NCBI RefSeq assembly: GCF_964355755.1
Contig: NC_092678.1
Coordinates: 17,563,365-17,627,364 of the forward strand
Reading direction: 5' to 3'
Source of the DNA: Antedon mediterranea
Lineage: Eukaryota; Animalia; Echinodermata
DNA length: 64,000 nucleotides
Part shown: one piece after another, positions 12,401 to 24,400 of the stretch
Numbering within the stretch: the stretch's first letter is position 1
How the letters are laid out: each line of letters begins with the position of its first letter
The notes under the pieces: model-generated
What the model was told of the DNA's origin: nothing
Seen by the model: the letters and a program-made list of their open reading frames with translations, nothing else
Database searches by the model: none
Translations under genes and position numbers: made by a program

Positions 12401-15400
12401 GCACAGCTGATGTAATCTTAAGGTAGCCTACAATAATTAGGCTTTTACATTTTTACCAGTAAGGAAAAAATGAAAATAAACACTTACAGTGTAACCAATG
12501 ACGTCAAACCGACAAATGCATTTTCATGCAATGTAGTAATGTCGTTACTGCTTAAATCCCTTCAAAATAAAAACATGAATACTTGGTAAAAAAACAGTTC
12601 ACGAGATGAGGTTTTCTTCTCTGTGGAAAATAGTTACAGTTTGGTATGTATGTCAGCGGACAAAATAGTGACCGTAAAATAATGTATCTGTATTGTACTG
12701 TTAGTGTGTATTACATGTCAGTGAAAATTAAAGAGGGTCAATAACAGTACAAACGTTATAATATTATTCAATTTAAAATGCAAAGTGTTTTCGATTGAGT
12801 ACGTTAGGAACAGCTCGTCAATTTATATGATCGCTAAACACTACAGGAAAAACGTTTCTTAAATGGAGAGATATATCAAACCTTTAATAAATCTTAAAGG
12901 CAATTGATCAATAATCAATTCCTATACCATAATCAGAAATTTTGCAGCAGCGTTAATAAAAGATAAACGTTTTCTCCAACAATTTTCAAGGAGAGTCAGC
13001 TAAAGTTAAGAATACTTTGTATGGTTTAAGCTTTGTACAGTAAGTGATTTGTATAGGTAGCCTCTATAAAAGAGAAAAATAGTACATATCTGGACTCAAA
13101 CCAACACAGCTGATTTAATCTGAAGGTATACAATAAATGAAGTATAACAAAACAAATAAAGCGAGCAATTTATACAGAAAATCGATGTTATCTGTATAGC
13201 AAACAGTGCTCGTTGAAAAGTTTGGCTAGCTCAACTAAAGATTAATAAAACATCTCACAAATTGATTCAATGACGTAAGCAAAGACTTAACACTGAAAAA
13301 AGGTAACATGATTTTTTTTTAAATCATGAATAAACCAAGTACCAACATAATATAGATATGTTTTCAAACAAATATTTCTTTTTACTTAATGTCATATTAT
13401 TTATGTTGTGATTCTCTGTGTTTAGATAAGGATGCTTTAGACCAGGTCCGCCTAATATTATTAGCCAATAAAAATCGTATAATTTTTGGAGGGAAAATGT
13501 TATCCTCCTCAGAAGCCTAAAATGTGCATGTCCAGTATAAAAGTAGAATGTAATAGATATTAAAGAAGAAGAGAGAATAAGATCAAAGTAGATAAACGGA
13601 AAGATGATAAAGAAAATATTAAGGCTTGACTGGTAGTGGTAGAAAGATGTATTAATCGAGTTACAAGGAATAAAAGTTCTAGTTGAGTTAAATATACTTT
13701 TTGTATGAGTTATCATTCAGTGACAGCTGTGTACGTCGCGTGGAGTTATATACGCCTGAGAAAACTCGGAACCAACTAAAATAAATTCACTACACTTAAT
13801 CTTTAATTAAACATTGTACAAAATACAGTTCGTTACTGATTATCAAATTGATGAACGCAGGAAGTCTCAACATTAATATGATTCGCACAACTTAATGCCT
13901 TTAATTCTAATATTCATTACATTATGTGTAACTATATACTATGCTGGGTTTTAAATTGAGGTATTTTAGTTCGAGTCACCCACTATGGTATTGTTTTATT
14001 TATTGTTAGTGTCGATAGTGAGAGGCATTTTTGGAAGCACATTGCTGACATATCAATCAATACGGAACTTACGTACGGAAACATTCTTGGTTAAATCTGT
14101 ATGTTCTTGGGGATTATTCTTAATTAGGCCTACATTAAATAATCCTACTTTTCCATCGTATCATTTTCATTTCTATAATTTGTACCAGTACACTCGTCTT
14201 TTACCGTAATTCAGCGATTTATGTAGGCCTACAGATTTCACTTTGCACTAAACAGATTTTTGGATGATACTTACAAATATGTTATTGGTTGATGATTATT
14301 GTAGTTCCTTACTGATTCCTCCTCGGCAGTAATAATATAATTCCGACAACTTAAGTAGCTAAATGTACACTCGCAGCCAGTTGGACATATCTGTGTTAAG
14401 AATAATTTTTCTGTACAAAAAAAATTGTGAAATTAGCTAGTAACTAGTTTAATTCAAATGGACAGTAAAACCCTAAATATAGCAATAGAAATGTGTTAAC
14501 AATGTTTGTGATTTAACTATTAATGGTATGGTACTTGGCTCTTGAGTAGTATTGGAAGTTGTTTAAAGGTATAGGTGTATCTTTGGTATAGTCTACGTTC
14601 CGCAACCTTTTTTGACAGTGACCCCATGATCTTATTTTGTGAATTTTCGTGACCCAACATTGCGTATTTGTGGGGCCTGTGTCAAAGCGAATTTTGTTAA
14701 ATGACACCCTAGATGGCTGAAAATGAATGGTACTCTCGCACATAAAAATCATGATAGATGGCACCTCTAGTTAGTCGGAAATGACACTCTTTATAATGGC
14801 GCGCTCGCAATTGGCATGAACGGTCGTAGCCTATTTTTTTCCGCCGGTAAACACATTTGCGTGCAATGCTAACGTCAAGGGGTTCTCCCGAACCTTAAAG
14901 ATTTCCCCTGGCTAGGGCCGCCTGAAAAACATCACTATGAGTGTAATTTGGGATGGACCTGTTTATATTGTTCTTTCTATTATTCTAATGTTCATTGTAA
15001 AAGTTCCCACCGCCGGTACATCAAAGTTCGCAGTTTTTCAGTCAAGTTACACACTCCTTTGCAAAGTACAAACAAAATAGCGTCGTAAAACCAGTTGGTA
15101 TGTTAATAAATCCACCTCCTAAAAGGGGATTCCTCACTTGTATATTAACAACGAACTATGCGTCAAAAGCGTCCATTGCCCCGTCGTCGATTCCCAATTG
15201 TGTGTTCGCTACAGACTCGCTGCGCGTCAACCTGTTGATGTAAAATGTAATCAGTCTTGTAGATTCTACAAAACTAAGAATATTTGACATATAGGCCAAT
15301 ATCAGTGTATAATTGATAACAAGTTTCAGTATCGGAGACAAATTGGCGACCCATATCAATTACCGGGATAAAGTAACTTTGCATTATAGTTATTTGGAAA

Positions 15401-18400
15401 CCTCATACCAGTAAGTTTGTGAATTTCTTCCAATTTATCAATTGTTTTTGTAGAGGGTGCTCCAATTGATCAATTGTTTTTGCAGAGGGTGCTTTAAGAT
15501 TTTATGTTGAACAGGGAGCGTTTGTTTGCCTAGATTATGATTAATTAATTAAAGATGTATTGTCCCCCAAAAAATGAAAAATAAAGATGAAAAAAATCAA
15601 ATTTTGAATAGACCGTTTTGTAGTTAACATAAAGTTATTCACTTCCACCGAAAAAAAATCCGAAAAAAATATTGATTTCGCTTATAAAAAAATCAAAGTA
15701 AGTTTACCATTTTTTCGAACTCATCGGTTCAGAAATTAGGCCGGTAGAGCTAACTCATACATATGCATGATATGTTAATGAGCATCCACACAGCAGAGAT
15801 CTGATCTAACAATGGACGATGCACGTTGTATGTACAACAACACCACCAGAGATCGACTGTGGGTTTCCCTGGCCTAATCGTATAAATATGTAAAGCTGAG
15901 CTGTTAATTTGTCGGTAAGTAGGCCTAGACGGTTATTTTAAATATAATAATATATATAACGCAATAATAACAGGAAGGTAAATTAATTAACTTAGCCTGG
16001 GATTTTTTCAGTTCAGGGCTAGGCTAGGCCTAGAATAATTAATACATGCTGCTGCATATTACTAGGCTAGTAAGTAGTAGCAAGTAGACTGTGACAATCG
16101 GGTCCCTGCAGAAGAAGGCCCTATACATTGTACTCTTCATAGACTGGCCTAGGCTATATGCCATCAATCTTAGCTACATTCCGAAAATACAGCCAGCTTG
16201 CTGTACCATATATATTTACAGTTGAAGCTTGTTTAACTAATTTTTATAATAAAAATAAAACAAACATTTTTCAGGGAAAATGGTTGCAATACAAGCCTGA
16301 AATTGAGAACCTTCCAGCAGCACTGTACAAGTAGACAGAGGGGAAAAGCCAGCTTAGCCATTTTACAACACAAACAAATGTTCTCTGTACTGTAGTAAGT
16401 CAAATATTTATTTTCTCTTTTTATAAGTTATAACATTATAAGTAATGTGTTTTAATTACCATAGAAAGGTAGTATACTTATTTGCCTATGTCACAGTAAG
16501 CAATTTCACTAGCCCAATTTTGCACTAAATATGCATGATCTATTTTTTCCAGATTTTCATACTTTGCTTTTACTTTTTTTAAAGACATTGAGCTGATGAA
16601 GACTGGAACAGAGGTCACCCAAAGACAACAATGATAGACTCTGTATGATTGGATATTGCAGGAAAAATATTTGTGACTCTCCTGCTGCATTAGGCCAATA
16701 TGTTCTTGTCCAGCTTGTAAAATATTGTATAATTTTTTTTGTATTATATGTACAGTATATTATTTTGTAAACATAACATTCAATAAATAAAAAAAAAACT
16801 ACTACAACAGTACACAGGATAAATTCTTCAAATTTACTTACACTTCATAATTTTACTGTTAATATTACAGTGCAAAAGGAGTTAATAAAATATATATATA
16901 CAGTATATCTTATTGAATTCCTGTGTCAATTTGTCTACTAATTATCAATGTGTTGATTGTGGCAGTAATTACGACAGCTATAGTCTTCTGAGATCGCTCA
17001 CATTCATTACAAAGTGTCATTTTAATAGTAAGAAACGTTTCAATAAATTGTGAATGTTGCCACTGTACGATACATTTTATGTTTCTCACTACTTGCTCTT
17101 ATTGTTCAATCAATCAACCTAAAAAAAAAAGAAATTTGTGTCAAAATATCTGCATAAAATGTTTATTTGCGGAATGTTAATTTGAACCTATTGCATTTGA
17201 TACAGAAAATATTTTTAAAATATTGCATCAGTAAAACATTCAAAACAATATTTAGATTTTCTTTTTTTTTTAATTTTCACTGCCGAATAGATAGTTGAAA
17301 TCTTTAAAAATTAAACCAATTCATCATGATTAAAACAAAAATACATCCCTTCTGGTGGTGGTCTACTGTAGCCCTAGCTAGCAGTGTATTGCCTAGGCCT
17401 ACTACACTCTACTTCTAGAGACAGAAGTAGTCGGCAGTTAGGCTACTCGAGACTGTCAGTGCTAGGCCTAGGCTAGTAGTAGTAGTAGTAGACTAGTAGT
17501 ACAGTAGCAGCAAATTCGGGCCTAGCTAGGCCTCTCCTGTTAGCGAAACAAAAACTCACCTAAATGAATAAGATTCAACATCAAAGTTACCAACTGTAAT
17601 TCTAACTTAGCATTCTGCTAGCTATAGTTTTCGTGTTTTCTTAGAGATTCGTCTCGCATCACTACTCGACTCTCTCGCACGCATGCATTGCCATCGTTGT
17701 TGGCTGTTGATTTGGAAAGCATCATCATCCACACGATCAAAGATAGTGTAGTAGGAAGATGTTACACTTCGGTCAAAAATTAGAGAACCGCTCGAGATAG
17801 GGCGCCTCTCACGACTAGTAGGGATAGACGAATCTGAAACATGAGAAGCGCAATGGCAAAGCCCAATGAAAATGGTGTTTTCGGCAATAAATTGTAAAAA
17901 TAAGCCACAAAAAACAAACAAAAACTTCTTTTTTGTCTTTATTATACAAAGTTAAAAATTAATATGATGTTTTCATACTGTTTTTGGATCTTTTTAATTG
18001 TTAATACATTTATTTGGAGTGAGTTTTGTCATGACATGACTGTAAACACTGAGCTAGGATCAGGAGGAGGCTTACGCGCGCCTGTAGACGCATTCATGAA
18101 TGGATGCTGGTCATCTCGTACCCAAACCAACCCGTACCCAAACCAACCCGTACCCATAAAAACTCTTACCTATCTTGGTAAACCCCAGTTAAGTCTGAAG
18201 TCATAATGCAAATTTTACAGTATACAGTATTGTAAACAATATATGATTTATGAATAAATTATAGCAATTCTTCTGCAATTTCTATAAACTCTAGGGGTAG
18301 AATCTGTAAATTCGTTTCTATAGAAATTATCTGTTTCTATAGATTAACATAGAATTCTAAAACTTCTATAGATAGAACATTTTTTGTAAGGGTAGTATAT

Positions 18401-21400
18401 TGAAAGGGGGTAAAGTAGGCCTCCCAACGGATATTTTTTCCTTGATATAACCTTACCAATAATGAACTCATTCGCTTATAATTAATATTATCAATAATGT
18501 TAGGCGTTAATCAGGGCATATACAATTACGATGAATGCACAAAAGTTCGGAGTGTTACAAGCATAATATAATAATTCATTACAGTATTATTAAATTATTA
18601 AAATTAATAGATAACAATAATTGGGGTTTTTTTTCAGTAAAAAAACATACTCGTAGTCCTAAATTCCTATAATGTTCAAGCCTACTGGTACCGTATTCAG
18701 TTTATGCAGATCGACTATTTGTTTAATATTATTGATTATAATAATATTGATTGATTGACTGTTTATTGATTACATGCCATACTACCTATTCTCTTTTATT
18801 ACCCTTAGAAATAAACCATACGTAATGGATTAGTATATAGGCATACACATTGTAGGCCTATTTACCACTAGGCTCCTAATATATTTATTCACGCTGATGA
18901 AGAAGTGTTTCTAAAGCTAGGTATTACATTTTCTATCTATGTACAATGATAAACAATTAAATGTAAGTAATTTTAAAAAGTTCAATTGATTTGCAAATAA
19001 AAACATTACAATAAAAGAAATAAAATACGGGTAGATAAATTCCAGGTACCTAAACAATTCCAGGTAATTGAAACACAAATTTGTATTCCAAAACATATAA
19101 ATATGATTCATTTGCACTTTCTATAAAGATAACATTACATTTTATATGTTAATTCGTATTAAATCTTAATTTTACAATCATATTATTCTACTGTTTTTTT
19201 TTATTCACGTTTGACTTCGTCGTGAGCGGTTGTGTTTATTCGGACCTCTCTCTAGGCCTCAAAAGTACTCTGGAAGTCTAGGCTATACCGGGGCAAACAG
19301 AATTTTTAACCACTTCGCATTGGTGGCTCAGGGGCACTCCCTAAGCCTAAGTAAAACAACGAAACCAATTGGTGGATTAATGGCCTTTTAATTGCGGTTT
19401 ACTCTTCGCATCGTAGTACTTCAACTACACAACGAAGCCATTTGGTGGATAATCAACGATTTATTAGTCTACGGTATCAGCAAGGTAAGCGTATTGACTT
19501 CTCACACCTGAAACCAGGAAAAAATGTACACAACCAAAGATTAACATTTTCCGACGAAGCCTTTTGGTGGATAACTTTTCTGTTATTTTATCGGATGAAT
19601 CGTTTTTTGATGTTTCTATTTTCACTTTTAACATTAACTGTATCGGTATTTTATATACCATTGGGTTGCTGAATTCTTGGAATTCCATTTGATTGAATTG
19701 TGGATACGCTTACAATTGTATTTTGTAACGTGGACGGATACAGACGTGCTCAACACGAGCTATTTTTCGAGCGACGCGATATTTTTGCTGGACAGATACG
19801 GCATACAAGTAACCTTCCAATATGACTTTTAGTATGACTTCCTTTATTATTCATGCATCAGTGCTTGTTCTTTTGATTAACAATGTGAAACATTTTCAAC
19901 TTGTTGACTGTCACAGTATTGACATGATATACTATCTGCTGCCACCTACAGTTATGACTCAACCAATAAATTATTTGCTGCCACCTATTGGGGGTTGACC
20001 TTTGGGGCTGAATAAAGGCACTTCGATATGGTTAATGCTACATGTGTGTGAGTCTGTTTATTACTGGGTTTGAATCTAATAAAGCATTCACCATCAAGCA
20101 CATACATCACGACATGGTGTCAGAATAGAGGTTATAAAGAACGCACAGGTGAATTCATTAATTGTGATTTTCGGAAAACAACGGAAAAATATAGACTTAT
20201 AATAATCTACAACGCAGGATGGCTGAATTAACAGGCATACCTATTCCATCCATCGACTGGAAGACAACAAATTTGCCCGAAGCTCTACGTAAGTTCAAAC
20301 GGACGTGCGAATTTATTTTTAATGGACCACTATCAGAAAAAGATGAGGTAATAAAAGTACAATACCTAATGTTATGGGTTGGCGACACAGGTCGAGACAT
20401 CCGTGATGGCTGGGGTTTATCAGACGAACACAAGCAACAGCTTGCCCCACACTGGACTGGATTTGATAATTATGTAAAACCTAAGTCAAACTTCAGAGTA
20501 GCTCGTTTCAGATTAAGGGCACTCAAACAAGAAGAACAAGAAACAGTAGATGCTTTCATTACAAAGGCAAAACTGATTGCTGATGAATGTGAATTTACAG
20601 ACAAACAGGAACAGTTACTAGACACATTAATTGCAGGCCTATATAATGATACTATACGGCGCAAATTGATAGCACAAGACAAGGACATGACACTAGACGG
20701 TGCATTGAAAATTGTACGTGCATATGAAGGCACAAAAAGACAAATGGATGACATTGAAGGTACCAAGGCGATACAAGCTGTGAAATACAAGAGACAACCC
20801 AGACAAAAACCCAAATACAACACACACCATTGCTTGAACTGTGGTGAACAGCATGAAAGAAATGACACATGCCCTGCTGCGAATGAACACTGCTTTTACT
20901 GTAAGAAAGCAGCCCACAGAAGCAAGGTTTGCTTCAAAAAGAAAAAGGACTCTACTTTCAAGAAACAGTATAATAAGAAAAGAGTCAATCAACTGGGAGA
21001 AACAACACCACATCACGACGAAGATGACACAGGTAACAGTTTTGTACTTGATTCTCTTGAAAACAATGTGAATGCAGTGAAGACAGACACTCAAGCTTAC
21101 GCCAATATTCAAATGACTGGCGACACCAATAGAACTGTTCGATGTAAACTCGACAGTGGTGCGGAAGTCAATGTTATGCCGATGCGAATATTCAGACAGC
21201 TATTTCCATCACAGACAGATGAGATGAACAAGCCTATGAATTTACATAGATCTAATGCAAAGCTAATTGCATATGGTGACAACAGCATAATAGCATATGG
21301 CACAAAGATGATCAAATGTACACACGGTAATACAACGAAAAAACTTTACTTTTACATTACGGAGGATGACGGCAAGACAATGCTTAGTCTCAACACGTGC

Positions 21401-24400
21401 CTCGACTTAAAGCTAATTACACTAAACTGCATAGATACATGCATAAAGTGTCACAAGAAAAGTGATATATCTGAAATCACTTCATCCATAAGATTTGGAC
21501 AAAACGGCGACGCCAAAGAAGACCTACTGTCACAATACAAGTCATGTTTCCAGGGAGTTGGTCTTTTCCCAGGTGAATATCACATAGACTTGCGTGAAAA
21601 TGCAGAACCTGTCATTCACCCTCCACGAACAGTACCTGAAACATTAAAGACAGCCCTAAAAAAGGAATTACAACGAATGATTGATCTTGAAATAATTGAG
21701 AAAGTTGAACAGCCAACCGACTGGGTCAACAGCATTGTGTATGTTACAAAACCTACAGGTGAATTGCGTATCTGTCTGGATCCAAAAGACTTAAATAAAC
21801 ATGTTAAACGGCCTCATCATTATACACAGACACTGGATGGTGTGCTGCCAAGCCTACAGGGATCCACACTGTTTACAATTCTTGATGCTCGCTCCGGATA
21901 TTGGAACGTAAAACTTGATAACGCATCTAAACTATTAACAACTTTCAATACACCATATGGACGATACTGTTTCAAAAGACTACCTTTTGGACTAGTTTCA
22001 GCACAAGATGTATTTCAGAAGAAGGTATACCAGACATTCGAAGGCCTACCAGGTGTAATTGCCATCGCAGACGACATTGTCGTGTTCGGCAAAGACGAAT
22101 CAACACATGACGCTAATTTAAAACGTGTCATGGACCGTACAAAGGAAGTTGGGTTAAAACTCAACCCAAACAAATGCATGGTGAAGTCCCAAAGAATTAA
22201 ATTCTTTGGAAATATTCTCACACACAAGGGTCTTGAACCAGATCCAAGTAAAGTTACATCAATTATAAACATGACACCTCCAACAAACGTAACAGAACTA
22301 CAATTACTATTGGGCATGGCCAATTATCTTGGACGTTTCACTCCAAATTTGGCAACCATCACAAGTTGTCTTCGAGACTTAACAAAGAAAGACGTGATTT
22401 TCTCATGGGGCCCAGAACACCAAGCCGCTTTTAAAAAACTGAAAGAGGCAATCAGCGCAACGCCAACGCTGGCATACTTTAATCACAAAAAAAGAAGTTA
22501 CTGTACAAACGGATGCCAGTATGCGAGGCCTCGGAGCGACTCTAATGCAAAATGGACAACCGGTTGCTTACGCAAGCAAAAGCCTCACAGACACTGAGAG
22601 AAATTTCTGTAACATTGAACGAGAAATGCTGGGTGTCGTTTTTGGACTTGAACGGTTTCATCATTATATATACGGAAGACATATTACCATTGAGACCGAT
22701 CACAAGCCTCTCGAGGCTATTACAAAAAAACATCTGAGGAATGCACCACCCAGACTCATGCGAATGCTACTTCGAATACAGAAGTACGACTTTACCGTCA
22801 AATACATTCCGGGACGAGAAATACCCGTTGCCGATGGACTGTCACGGTTGCCAGTCAAGGGCAAAGAGATAAAGGATATCGACATTACCATTCACGACAT
22901 TACATGCACTACAGCATCCAGACTGGAAAAGATAAGATATTCAACTCAAAACAACAAAACACTTAACATCCTTACACATATAATTGCTGAAGGATGGCCA
23001 GAAAACCATAGCACGTGCCCAAAGGAAGCAATGCCTTTTTGGAACTTTCGATAAGAACTAGTCAGTCACAATGGAGTAGCTCTGAAAAGAAACCGTGTTA
23101 TAATTCCAAAGGAAATGCAGAGAGAGATTCTTGACAAAATACATACAGGACATCAAGGTATAGAGAAATGTCAATTTAGAGCCCGAGAATCAGTATTCTG
23201 GTGCGGTATTAATTCCGATATTGACAACATGGTCAAACAATGTAGTGTTTGTCAACATAATCAAGTAGCCCAGCAACAAGAGCCACTGATCCCCATTGAA
23301 GCCAGCAAACCATGGGATATAATCGGATCTGATCTATTTCACTGGAACGGACACAACTACTTGCTGGTAGTGGACTACTACAGTTCGTATGTAATAATAC
23401 GGAAGTTAACAAGTATCACCTCACAAGCAATCGTAAGCAAACTTAAAATCATATTCTCTGAATTCGGAATTCCAAACACATTCATAAGCGATAATGGCAA
23501 ACAGTACGACTCTGATGAATTTCGAATGTTCACGAACACTTACAATTTTAAACACACTACAAGCAGTCCGAGATATCCACAATGTAACGGCAAAGCAGAG
23601 AGATTTGTGGGTATCACAAAGAAAGCGCTAGAGAAGTCGTATGAAGCTGGAGATGACCCTGCCTTAGCACTCCTATGTCTACGCACCACATCCCTTCAAG
23701 CAGGAATGCCCTCACCAGCAGAGATCATGTTTGGACGCAAGATACAGGCAAACTTACCGGTAATAAGCACCAATAAGTATGATCACACAAAATTTACTCG
23801 TTCAACAAAATGGTATACTCACTATAATCAACATGCTAAACCACTCAAGGAACTTCAGAACGGACAAAGCGTAAGGGTCCAAGACTATAAAACCAAGAAA
23901 TGGAAACCAGCGATCATAGACAAACCAAGTTCAGAACCCAGATCATACCTTCTGACCACATCAACAAGAGCCCAGTATCGTAGAAACCGTCGACACATAC
24001 GGACAACTGGCGAAACCTTCCAAAAAACACTAAGCGATGATTCACAGGACATTATCAGTGAACCTGACACACTAAAAGACGCCAAGCCAACAAATACACC
24101 ACCACTAATTGAATCACCTAAGCTCATGCCTACACCTACGATCGGACAAGAAAACCAATATGTAACTAGATCTGGCCGAACAGTGAATCCACCAAAGCGT
24201 CTGGACTTGTAATACAGTATAATAATAATATTAATAAATCACAACTTGAACTTGACTGCAGCTATACATATCAATCTAATAACTCTATATGAGCGTTTTA
24301 CAAAATTAAATAAACTAGCATACAACGAACAGTGATACACGTATGCAATAACCAATTCATGATACTTTACTACCTATTTTTTTTTAAATTACAATTTAGA

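Larger units (their letters stand above)
7850..12800. repeat. Type II tandem duplication, ~2.1-2.4 kb unit, two full copies plus one partial, each carrying one LRR exon
   Basis: gcttttacatttttaccagtaagg recurs at ~7927, ~10358 and ~12441; exon spacing is 2430 and 2083 nt. Confidence 0.9.

Noticed and set aside
15011-15060. Possible ~46-nt phase 1-to-2 bridging exon (GVCNLTEKLRTLMYR)
   Set aside because: Weak donor (gtggga) and AAG acceptor; the exon at 18170-18194 fits better
15156-15231. Minus-strand acceptor followed by LTRSESVANTQLGIDDGAMDAFDA*, resembling a terminal exon
   Set aside because: It lies upstream of the LRR exons and has stops in all phases; no homology or polyadenylation evidence. 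An alternative terminal exon cannot be fully excluded.
15810-16330. THAP-like hints and splice sites inside the Kolobok-like element
   Set aside because: Needs frameshifts and lacks a complete C2CH motif
20197-24127. Antisense and alternate-frame ORFs over gag-pol
   Set aside because: Shadow ORFs of the retroelement coding sequence
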